Source: an uncultured Pseudomonadota bacterium (lineage in GTDB: Bacteria; Myxococcota_A; UBA796; SXON01). Taken from it: DNA of 64,000 bases. The DNA lies in assembly GCA_903900265.1 (NCBI GenBank), contig CAIUMM010000121.1:35269-99268 (forward strand), in the 5' to 3' direction. The position numbers were made by a program, and so were the translations under genes. Below are positions 29,179-37,339 of the stretch, one piece after another. The notes beneath the pieces were generated by a model. That model saw only the letters and a list, made by a program, of their open reading frames with translations. It made no database searches and was not told the origin of the DNA. Numbering within the stretch: the first letter of the stretch is position 1; each line of letters starts with the position of its first letter.

Positions 29179-30205
29179 GTCTTCCTCCGGACGCGTCAAG
29201 GCCAGATGCGTCAAGGCCAGCCGCGTCGAGAATCGGGCGTACAACGCCGTCGACGCCCAGCTCAGTCACCGCGCCCTCGCGACCGAACACGCGGCCTTCG
29301 GGACCGATGCCGCCGCCGTTCTGCAAGCCGATGGCCCGCATCGGCGCCAACCGCGACGCAAGGATGGCAATATTATCTTTGCTTTTCAGGTCAAGGCGCT
29401 GCTCAGCGTGGGGCAGGAACACGACGCCGGGGATCAGCCCAAAGCCGCGGTCGAGGTACTCGGCGAGGCCGACGCCGTGCGTGGTGTAGTCATGGTAGAG
29501 CAGGATGCGGTCGGCGAGCACCATCGCTCCGCCCGACCATGCAAAAATCCGCTTTCCTCGAAGGGCTTGGTCCAGCCCAAAGAACGCCATGCGGTTGCGC
29601 AGCACGCCGACATGGCCGCCTGCGACCAGCACCGCAGAGCAGGTCGCCAACGCGTTCTCAATGTTGTCGCGGATGGAACGCACCTTCGGATGTTGAAAAG
29701 GACGCTCCGTCGCCGCGAACTCTTCGTGTAGCCGGTCGGCTTCGGCGAGGAACAGCGCGTCGACCTCTTGGAGGTGCCGGATCGCCTGCTGAAACCACGG
29801 GCACGACGGATCCCGTCGGTCCGCCCAAAGCTTTTGCACCCCGGCGAGCCCAGACACGATCGCGTCCCGGTAGACCGTCTTGACCGCCTTCAACGCAGCT
29901 TGTTTGCGCGCGTGCGCCGTCACTAGCTCGGGGGCGTCGCGCTCGATGTCCCGAAAAGCCCCGTAGAGCTTCAGGTTGATCACCGGCAGGCCGATCGCGT
30001 CCCGCAGCGGCTCATCGCGCTCCTCGTCGTAACGCCAGCCGGCTGAGATCAACGCCACCGGACCCTGCACGCCAGAAAGCGCAGCAGGGAGGATGGGATT
30101 TGGACGCTCTGGCCCGAGTACAGTGACAGACAGCGTGGACTCCTTTCCCGGTCGGGCGGCCTTGCGCACGCAACGTAGCGCGGCCCCCCGGGAACCGACA
30201 CCCAA
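29162..30205 (-). CDS. peptidase S51 / class-I glutamine-amidotransferase-like protein
   Basis: AVLVAGGHVGVL....FFGL....GKRIFAWSGGAMVLAD resembles the S51 (cyanophycinase/peptidase E) nucleophile region. The start is uncertain: TTG 30205, GTG 30169, or a codon just after the AAGGAG at ~30137-30142. Confidence 0.45.
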   Translation of the reverse strand: MGVGSRGAALRCVRKAARPGKESTLSVTVLGPERPNPILPAALSGVQGPVALISAGWRYDEERDEPLRDAIGLPVINLKLYGAFRDIERDAPELVTAHARKQAALKAVKTVYRDAIVSGLAGVQKLWADRRDPSCPWFQQAIRHLQEVDALFLAEADRLHEEFAATERPFQHPKVRSIRDNIENALATCSAVLVAGGHVGVLRNRMAFFGLDQALRGKRIFAWSGGAMVLADRILLYHDYTTHGVGLAEYLDRGFGLIPGVVFLPHAEQRLDLKSKDNIAILASRLAPMRAIGLQNGGGIGPEGRVFGREGAVTELGVDGVVRPILDAAGLDASGLDASGGRHAART

Positions 30206-30208
30206 AGA

Positions 30209-31009
30209 TCAGCTTCCAGCCTTTCCCTTGACGTCGACCTTCGAGCGCCAGACCTCCCAGTGCGGCCCGACACCTTCCAAAGAATCTTCTTGGATGTTCA
30301 GAAACTCCCGAAGTGCGTGGCGACCGACGCCGCGGTTGTAGTGGTATTGGTACTGGAGCGGCCCGTAGCGATGCTCCGCGCCAACCGGACAAGCCGCCCG
30401 GGCATCGCAGCTGGACGCACATACGGTAGAAGTCTGGTGAAACGCCGCACAGGGGTCGACCGCCCACTTGCCGGCGGCGAACGCCCCGCCTGGACAGGCC
30501 GAAGCGCAGGGCGCCGCGCAACCCTCGCAAGAGCCGGGGACCGGCGTAGAAACCGGCAAGTCCGCGTCGATGAAGCACGCCGCGCGTAAGCCGATCCACG
30601 GTCCGTACTCCGGATGCAGCAGCAGCCCGAGTCGGGAGTCCGCGCCGAGGCCGGCCAGCTGCGCCAGCACCCGAAAATCAATGTGAACGTCGGCTTCTGC
30701 CGCGGCAAAAAACCACCGATGCCGGTGACCGACCAGCAGCGGCGCCAGCGCGTCGATGCGACGGCGGACGAAGGCGTCGAGGGGATGGACGTGCTCGGTC
30801 AGGTGGCGCGGCTCGCCGCGTAGATCCTCGATCAGCGCGTCCCAGAGCGCGGTGCCGCCGTTTCCGACGACGACGACCGAGCGCGCCCCTGGGCAAAGCG
30901 CGGCCGATCGGCGCGCTTCGGGCTGCAAAGCATCCCAATCTGCAACCGAAGCGACGCCGATCAGATTCAGACCCGCAGGGGAGAGCGCCGCTTGGAACAC
31001 GTTCAACAT
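30209..31009 (-). CDS. 4Fe-4S ferredoxin-type domain protein (QueG/reductive-dehalogenase-like fold suspected)
   Basis: Cys cluster GSCEGCAAPCASACPGGAF (CxxCxxxCxxxCP) plus downstream CAAFH...CASSCDARAACP. Confidence 0.5.
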   Translation of the reverse strand: MLNVFQAALSPAGLNLIGVASVADWDALQPEARRSAALCPGARSVVVVGNGGTALWDALIEDLRGEPRHLTEHVHPLDAFVRRRIDALAPLLVGHRHRWFFAAAEADVHIDFRVLAQLAGLGADSRLGLLLHPEYGPWIGLRAACFIDADLPVSTPVPGSCEGCAAPCASACPGGAFAAGKWAVDPCAAFHQTSTVCASSCDARAACPVGAEHRYGPLQYQYHYNRGVGRHALREFLNIQEDSLEGVGPHWEVWRSKVDVKGKAGS

Positions 31010-31070
31010 GCTGCGCTCTAACCCGATCGCCCCGCAGGCCCGATCGACCCGCGAGACGCGCCTGCGAGGC

Positions 31071-32078
31071 TCAACCGCGCGCCAAAACCCCCGTCAAACA
31101 GCCGATCCCGCCCGCCGCGCGCAGGTACTGGGCGACGGCCTGTTCGTGCACCTCGACGCCCGCGTCTTCGAGGCGACGGCGCGTCTGTGGGCTCCCCGCG
31201 GGCATCAGGATTTGCCGCGGCGCCAGCGTCACGAAGTTCAGCGCGCGCCCCGCGACCACCTCGGCGGTGCTCTCGAAGTCCAGCACCTTGATGCCCACCC
31301 GCGCGAGCAGCGCCCGCATCGACGGCGAGGCGCCCCAGGCCACGGCGAGGTCGTGATCCACGAGGTTGACCGACCCCAGCAGGTGCTGAACCGTAGCCGG
31401 GATCTCCACGGAGACGCAGTCCACGCCTTGATCGGCGAGCACCCGGGCCACGGTGCGGAAGCCTTCTTCATTCGTGCGCCGCCCCACGCCGACCGCCACC
31501 AGATCAGGGCGGATCCACATGGCGTCGGCGCCTTCAAAAGTCGCGTTGCCACGCGGCGTCGCGAGGATCGGCACCCCAGCCTCCGCCAAGGCCACCGCGA
31601 CGATGCGCTCCTCGCCGGCGCGTTGCTCGGCGGCCATGCGCGCCAGCACCGCCCCCTCGGGGGTCATGAAGAAAAGATCGCAGGCAAAAATAATATTGGG
31701 AGGCGCAGAGTTCGGCGCAGCGACCAACGAGGCTGTCCCCGGCCCGCGAATCCAGCGGACCTCGGCTCCGCACCGCTGGTAAGCCTCGGCGAGGCCTAGC
31801 GCCTCGGCGCGCATGCGCTCCAGATCGGGGCGTTCGTTCATCAACCAATCGGCCGGCGCGCCCGAAAAGCCAAGCCCGTCGTCGGGCCACGCGAGCATCA
31901 CCGCCCGGAGCAGACCGTAGTGGCTGCGTACGCCGAAGCCGGCCCACACCGCACCGGCCGCGACCTCGGCCGCGTGGGAGCGTGTACGCCCACGCCAGCC
32001 CGCGCCCATCAGCGTAGATGGCGAGTTATCCCCAGTTTTATTCCCAGTTTTATTCCCAGTTTTCAGGGTCGACGCCAT
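31071..32078 (-). CDS. guanidino-group modifying enzyme (amidinotransferase / DDAH / arginine deiminase superfamily)
   Basis: TFEGADAMWIRPDLVAVGVGRRTNEEG, HLLGSVNLVD, and the C-terminal nucleophile context AAGGIGCLTGVLAR. ATG 32078 is preceded by AAGGAG at a 7-nt spacing. The N-terminus carries a KTGN repeat. Confidence 0.65.
   Translation of the reverse strand: MASTLKTGNKTGNKTGDNSPSTLMGAGWRGRTRSHAAEVAAGAVWAGFGVRSHYGLLRAVMLAWPDDGLGFSGAPADWLMNERPDLERMRAEALGLAEAYQRCGAEVRWIRGPGTASLVAAPNSAPPNIIFACDLFFMTPEGAVLARMAAEQRAGEERIVAVALAEAGVPILATPRGNATFEGADAMWIRPDLVAVGVGRRTNEEGFRTVARVLADQGVDCVSVEIPATVQHLLGSVNLVDHDLAVAWGASPSMRALLARVGIKVLDFESTAEVVAGRALNFVTLAPRQILMPAGSPQTRRRLEDAGVEVHEQAVAQYLRAAGGIGCLTGVLARG
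32031..32063. repeat. AT-rich 12-bp tandem repeat (cccagttttatt) x2.8
   Basis: Read directly from the sequence. It lies in the 29-bp overlap between two minus-strand genes. It encodes K-TGNK-TGNK-TG at one N-terminus and ...ENWE-stop at the other C-terminus. Confidence 0.9.
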
Positions 32079-33393
32079 AGCCCAGCTCCTTCATGATCGA
32101 CAGGTTGGCAGGGTCGGCGAGCACCGGCGACAGCAGCCCGATCCGCGCAAACCAGCGACGCTGCCGGGGCTGCGCGGTCGCCATCACCAACGGCAACGCC
32201 CCCGAGAGCACCGCCGAGAGCTCCGAAGCCACCGGCAACCCGAGCCACTGTTCGAGTGCGTCCAGAGCGGGCCGTTGACGATCCGAGGGACCTAGCGCGT
32301 CCTCAAAACGGAGCCGAAATGGAGCTTCCCGACCAGGCACACGCGCGTCGGCGAGCAAGGCGGCGTGCGCCGAGCGCCACTGAAACGCGCACACCTGCTC
32401 GAGCGGCGCCGAGGCGTACGCCTGCCAGTCCACCGGACGATCGAACTTCCACCACCGATCCGCACCGGGGACGACGCCGGTGTACCCGGCGATGTTGAGC
32501 CCGCCTACCTCGTGGGAGTGGAACCCCGGGTGACGCCAGCCATCGTAGAGGCCGTTCACGCTGCCGCCGACGTTCCGCGTCAAATGCAGCACCCGCAGCC
32601 GAGCGCTGGCAAACACCCGACGCAGCCAATCGAGTCGGTAGGCGTTGCTCGGCGTCTTGATCACCAGCGGATGCGCAGCGAGGCGCTCTTCATCCGCGAC
32701 CTCCCAAGGCCCGGTGAGCACGAACGGGGGCTCCTCGAGGATGCCGCGAGGGACAAAATCCACCCCGCACGAATCTGGCCCAGAGCCCAGCGCCGCCATC
32801 CGTCGCTGATCGAGGTCGTACGCGGCAGGTTGAATCTCCGGCCAATACACGCGCAGCGCGCTGATGAGCCGCGCGTGGAAGTGCGGCGGATCGGCGAACA
32901 GGCCTGGCGGCCAGCCATGGTTCTCGCGAAGCTCGCGCAGCACGCCCTGCACGCAGCGATGCACGGTGTCTGCGTCGAAGCTCAGGCTGGGCCACTGCAG
33001 GGTGAGGCGAACGGCGATCTCGACGGCAAAGCGCCATTCATCGCGTTCGCCGTGCAGCGTGTTGGTCGGCCACCCACAGTCCCAACCCAGCTCCTGCCCC
33101 AGCCCCGCGGGCACAGGCGTGTCGGCGGCGAGCGCGTCGGAGTGCGGATCATCGACGCCGTGCAGCCGGAAGAACGGGTTGATCTCGGCGCGCAGGTGCA
33201 GCATCCGCCGGCTGTTGCGCAGCACCTCGGCAAAAATCGAGCTGCCCCCTCGGGAGCTTGAACCGATGACGATCACCTGCGAGGCGCAGCGCGTCACATC
33301 CGGAGGCGCAGCCGCGCCGCTCTGGGCACGCAGCGCCGCCATCCGCGCGCGGATCCCCGAAAGCTCGCCTTCTCCCAGCCTCGAATCAGACAC
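32050..33393 (-). CDS. sulfotransferase-like protein (447 aa)
   Basis: P-loop-like PAPS 5'-phosphosulfate-binding candidate VIVIGSSSRGGSSIF and a later LHLTRNVGGSVNG segment. The GTG start overlaps the upstream stop (GTGTCTGA). Family call is tentative. Confidence 0.45.
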   Translation of the reverse strand: MSDSRLGEGELSGIRARMAALRAQSGAAAPPDVTRCASQVIVIGSSSRGGSSIFAEVLRNSRRMLHLRAEINPFFRLHGVDDPHSDALAADTPVPAGLGQELGWDCGWPTNTLHGERDEWRFAVEIAVRLTLQWPSLSFDADTVHRCVQGVLRELRENHGWPPGLFADPPHFHARLISALRVYWPEIQPAAYDLDQRRMAALGSGPDSCGVDFVPRGILEEPPFVLTGPWEVADEERLAAHPLVIKTPSNAYRLDWLRRVFASARLRVLHLTRNVGGSVNGLYDGWRHPGFHSHEVGGLNIAGYTGVVPGADRWWKFDRPVDWQAYASAPLEQVCAFQWRSAHAALLADARVPGREAPFRLRFEDALGPSDRQRPALDALEQWLGLPVASELSAVLSGALPLVMATAQPRQRRWFARIGLLSPVLADPANLSIMKELGYGVDPENWE

Positions 33394-34426
33394 CGAGCAC
33401 CAGCCGCGACCGGATCCGCGTCAGCAAAACCGACCGACTCCAGCGCTTCCAGAAGTTCTTGTCCCGCCGGAACGAGCGCGCCTCGACCTTCAACCACGCA
33501 GCTTCATCCTCGATCCACCACCCCGCGCGCTGCACCGGGCCGGGGTGAAACGCCGCGCGGGCCTCGGCGGTGTTCACTGGGGTGTAGCCCAGCGCCTCCA
33601 TCGTCGACCCGGCGATGCTCTCCAGCGCGAGCACCTCGGGGGTCGAGAGGTCGCCGCGCCAGCGCTCCAAGCCTTCGGTGCGGATAGGCGCGGCGGTGTT
33701 CTTCCAGGACTCGGACAACGACGCCGACTTGCGAGCTTCGGCGCCCTTGAAAAACTCCAGCATTGGAGGGTGGAAGTCCTCTCCCAAGTAGTCGCAGATG
33801 CGGCGGACCTCGCCCGCGGCATCGCCGATCAGCGACTCGTACTTGACGCGCAGCAAGGGCACACCGGCGCGCTCGAGCGCGAGGCCCTGATCTTGCTGCT
33901 CCTTCCATAGAGCGGCGGTGTTCGCCGGGTGAAACGCTGAAAAAACAGACTCTCGGGACGACGCCGCGACGTCGCGCGGGTCTCGGTACAACCAGAGCAG
34001 CTTGGCGTCCGGCCACTCAGCGACGATGCGCTCGCCGTGGGCGATCATGAAGGTGCTCTTGCACCCCCAACGCCGCTTGTGCTCATGATCGCGCACCGCA
34101 TCATGAAAAGCCGCGTAGACCGAGAACAGATCCGGAGGACCGCCCGGCCCCGGCCGGCGCCCGACGCGCTCGATGATCTCGGCGACCTCGGGCACCCACG
34201 GCCAAGGCTGAATGTGCGCGCAGACCAGCAGACGCACGTCCTCGATCAGACGGCGCAGGCGCGCCGGATCGGAAAGATCACCGTACTTCGCGGCGAGCGG
34301 CGTGAAGTACTTCATCACATGCGGGGGATGCGGGATGACGATGCTGGGGTGGCTGCCGAGGATCACCCGCAGCAGGTTGGAGCCCGAGCGCTCGGTACCA
34401 AGAATGAAGAGGGGCGACGCAGTCAT
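33386..34426 (-). CDS. sulfotransferase family protein
   Basis: LFILGTERSGSNLLRVILGSHP (5'-PSB loop) and LLWLYRDPRDVAAS (3'-PB motif). ATGA overlap with the upstream gene. Confidence 0.7.
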   Translation of the reverse strand: MTASPLFILGTERSGSNLLRVILGSHPSIVIPHPPHVMKYFTPLAAKYGDLSDPARLRRLIEDVRLLVCAHIQPWPWVPEVAEIIERVGRRPGPGGPPDLFSVYAAFHDAVRDHEHKRRWGCKSTFMIAHGERIVAEWPDAKLLWLYRDPRDVAASSRESVFSAFHPANTAALWKEQQDQGLALERAGVPLLRVKYESLIGDAAGEVRRICDYLGEDFHPPMLEFFKGAEARKSASLSESWKNTAAPIRTEGLERWRGDLSTPEVLALESIAGSTMEALGYTPVNTAEARAAFHPGPVQRAGWWIEDEAAWLKVEARSFRRDKNFWKRWSRSVLLTRIRSRLVLGV

Positions 34427-35355
34427 GGTTCCGGAGAGTCTACCCCAAAAACCTCGGCGAGCAGGCAACGCGCGCTGCCGCCACCGACGGTCTCCACCGT
34501 GTCGATGTCCACGACCACCGTCCTTCCCAACATCGCCCGCTGCGAAGCGGTGAGCGCAGCAAAGGCGCGCCGCGACAGCACCGCGACCGGCCCCGCAGGG
34601 GAGCTCAGATAAAGAAGGTTCGCGGCGTAGTCCCGAATCTGGGCGGCTTCGAGCACGAGCTGCCGACGATCGCCCAGCGCGCTTAGCAACGCGGCGCGCG
34701 CCGCCCCCGGCGCCACCAGATCAGGCGCGAACACCACCAGCTCCGGGCCCAGCGCCAGCATCACGTTGGTGTGGTAGACCGGCGCGCCGTCTAAAGCTGC
34801 GTCAAACGCCACGATTCGGTAGCCCGTAGCCTCTGAAAACGCCGATAGACCCGCGGTCGTTGTGCGCGGAGAGCGCGCCGCAAACGCCACGCGCGCCGCA
34901 TGGTCAAGGATGAGGCTGCCCGTACCTTCGAGGTAGGCGCCATCGGCCTCCAGCGCGCTCAGGTCTACGACGCGCCGGGTGCCATGAAAAGCACGCACCT
35001 GCTCCAAGAGCTCCGGTCGCCGCTCTGCGCGCCGGGAGGCGACCGCCATCGGGTACAGCACCGCGGTGCCATCGGGGTGAAAACTCACCCAGTTGTTGGG
35101 AAAACACGCGTCCGGCTTCGGCGGCTCTATCGCGTCTGCGGCGAGAAAAACCCGCACGCCCGCCGACTGCAACGCCTCCGCCGCGCGCTCCACCTCGAAA
35201 CGCGCGCGCGCGCGCTCGCTCGGCGGGACGCAAGCCGCGCCGGCGTCCTCCGGGCCCGACACGCCCTCCTGAGCGAACACGTTGGTCACCGCCGCTTCCG
35301 GGTTGAAGCCGAAGCGCTCGGGGCGAACCATCAACACGGCAGGGGCGAGCCACAT
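34423..35355 (-). CDS. guanidino-group modifying enzyme, CtlX / amidinotransferase-like
   Basis: MVRPERFGFNPE, FPNNWVSFHPDG, LEGTGSLILD, VYHTNVMLALG and the C-terminal GGGSARCLLAEVF nucleophile context. The start could be 35355 or 35331. Confidence 0.65.
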   Translation of the reverse strand: MWLAPAVLMVRPERFGFNPEAAVTNVFAQEGVSGPEDAGAACVPPSERARARFEVERAAEALQSAGVRVFLAADAIEPPKPDACFPNNWVSFHPDGTAVLYPMAVASRRAERRPELLEQVRAFHGTRRVVDLSALEADGAYLEGTGSLILDHAARVAFAARSPRTTTAGLSAFSEATGYRIVAFDAALDGAPVYHTNVMLALGPELVVFAPDLVAPGAARAALLSALGDRRQLVLEAAQIRDYAANLLYLSSPAGPVAVLSRRAFAALTASQRAMLGRTVVVDIDTVETVGGGSARCLLAEVFGVDSPEP

Positions 35356-35441
35356 ACAAGCCTCGGGAGAAGATCGCCCGGTATCAAACAAACTCCACCG
35401 CGCCCCTCCCGGGAACAACGCCGGTTCGCTACCTTGCGAAC

Positions 35442-36863
35442 ATGCTCTGGATGTACTGCTTTTGGCTCCTCGGATGCGCTTCGCCGGCGCTACGGGCGCC
35501 CGCAGCGCCCCTCTCGGTGGTGATGGTCTCCTTCGACACCACCCGCGCCGACCGAATCGGCACGTACGGAGGCCCTTCTGGGCTGACGCCCAACCTCGAT
35601 CGATTCGCTGAAGGGGCCGTGGTGTTCGAGCACGCCTACGCGCAGACCAACACCACCGGCCCCTCTCATGCGAGCCTGTTCACCAGCCGCTACCCCACTG
35701 AGGTCCACGGAGGCGGCCCCGTCGCGGCGCCCGGCGCGGAGACCCCGCTGCTCGCGCAGGTGCTGCACGCCTACGGCTACGCCACCGCCGCGTTCGTGTC
35801 GGGCGGCGCGATGAACCCGCAAGGCGGGCTGGCCCCGGGCTTCGACGTCTACAAGTCCGCCAGCAACTTTGGCTCGATGTCCAAGACCATCCCGCTCGCG
35901 CTCAGCTGGCTTGAAAAACTACCCGCATCCAAGCCAAGCTTTACCTTCGTACACGGCTACGACGCGCACTCTCCCACGTCCAAGCCCGCGCCCTTTGCCG
36001 GCAAACCCCCGACCGGGCTGGCGGCCGAGGTGCTGCGCACCCGATCCGAGCGCGTCATGGACGGCGCGATGCACGCCACCGATCTCGATATTCCCGTGAT
36101 CGACAGCACGTTTCTCCGCATGCGGTCTCCCGAAGCCCGCGCGGCGCTCACCGCGCTGGAGCCCGACGCCCCGCAGCTCACCGAAGCGGACATCGCCCGG
36201 ATCCGGCAGTCCTACGACGACGCGCTGGGGTGGGCGGACACCTGGTTCGGGATGCTGATGGCCGGCCTCGAGGCCCAACATCGCCTCGAAAACACCGTGA
36301 TCATCGTGCTCGCCGACCATGGGGAGCAGCTCGGTGAAGACGGCCTGTTCGGTCACTGCTGCGGGGCGGAGGATGAAGAGACCCACGTGCCGCTGATCAT
36401 CGCTGGCCCCGGGCTCAAGCCCCACCGCGAAGCCGGCCTCGTCGAGCTGATCGACGTCCTGCCGACGATCACCGATCTGGTGCAGGCCGTCACGCCCACC
36501 GGCGCGCACGGACGCTCGCTCGCGCCCGCGCTGCACGGAGAGCCTTGGGAGGGGCGCGGAGTCGCGTGGACCCAAGCCACGCAGCGCTACACGCTGGTTT
36601 CTGGCCGCACCGGCACCGGCAGGCTCTCGTACACCGGCGTACAAGCCAAGTCCTCGGCGCTGGCGGACCTGATCGAAGTGGCCCGACTCGACGGTCCCGG
36701 CTTCACGTCGTCCGGCACCGTCGACCGCGCCGCGCTCCGGACCGAAATGGTGAGCTGGCTGCGCTCCCTCGGTCCCGCCGCCGCAGAAAAAAAGCTCGCG
36801 ACGCCACCCGAGCTGCTCCGGACGATGCGGTCGCATGGCTACTTCGAGGCCAACAAACCATGA
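35442..36863 (+). CDS. sulfatase-family (alkaline-phosphatase superfamily) lipoprotein with Thr at the nucleophile position
   Basis: Lipobox MLWMYCFWLLGCASP, then VVMVSFDTTRADR and TNTTGPSHASLFTSRYP. The usual C/S-x-P-x-R is T-G-P-S-H here. Also VLADHGEQLGE. Confidence 0.7.
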   Translation: MLWMYCFWLLGCASPALRAPAAPLSVVMVSFDTTRADRIGTYGGPSGLTPNLDRFAEGAVVFEHAYAQTNTTGPSHASLFTSRYPTEVHGGGPVAAPGAETPLLAQVLHAYGYATAAFVSGGAMNPQGGLAPGFDVYKSASNFGSMSKTIPLALSWLEKLPASKPSFTFVHGYDAHSPTSKPAPFAGKPPTGLAAEVLRTRSERVMDGAMHATDLDIPVIDSTFLRMRSPEARAALTALEPDAPQLTEADIARIRQSYDDALGWADTWFGMLMAGLEAQHRLENTVIIVLADHGEQLGEDGLFGHCCGAEDEETHVPLIIAGPGLKPHREAGLVELIDVLPTITDLVQAVTPTGAHGRSLAPALHGEPWEGRGVAWTQATQRYTLVSGRTGTGRLSYTGVQAKSSALADLIEVARLDGPGFTSSGTVDRAALRTEMVSWLRSLGPAAAEKKLATPPELLRTMRSHGYFEANKP

Positions 36864-37339
36864 TCTTCTTGCTGCTGGCCTGTAGCGGCCCCACGTGGAC
36901 GGCATCCGCGGTGCTCGAAGGAGCGCGCGCGCACGCCGACCTCGATCACGACGGCACGATCACCGCCAAGGAGATGCCCGGGGATGCCGACAACGACGGC
37001 ATCGTCACCGAAGCCGAGCTGCGCGCGTTCATCGAAAAACAAGGCGCCAAGTGGCACTCTCCCGGCTGGGACCCACCTCGGCGCGCCCTCGTCCAACCGC
37101 ATGACGTCGGCTGGGAGGTGGTCGCCACGGTGCGCGAAGAGATCCTATCGGTCGATCCCAACGCTGAAGTTCCGACCTTGGAAGCCATGGAATCCGCGGC
37201 CTACGCCGCTATCACCGACCCGAAGGTGCAGGCGCTGCTGACCCAGATGGAGCCCGCAGCCGCCAAAACTGGGGTGGTCATCCCCGCGGCGGTGCACCCG
37301 CCCGTGGCCGCCGCTCAGGCTGGCTTGAAGCAGGAGTAG
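36860..37339 (+). CDS. EF-hand pair lipoprotein
   Basis: MIFLLLACSG lipobox and two canonical 12-residue Ca-binding loops, DLDHDGTITAKE and DADNDGIVTEAE. ATGA overlap with the sulfatase-family gene. Confidence 0.7.
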   Translation: MIFLLLACSGPTWTASAVLEGARAHADLDHDGTITAKEMPGDADNDGIVTEAELRAFIEKQGAKWHSPGWDPPRRALVQPHDVGWEVVATVREEILSVDPNAEVPTLEAMESAAYAAITDPKVQALLTQMEPAAAKTGVVIPAAVHPPVAAAQAGLKQE

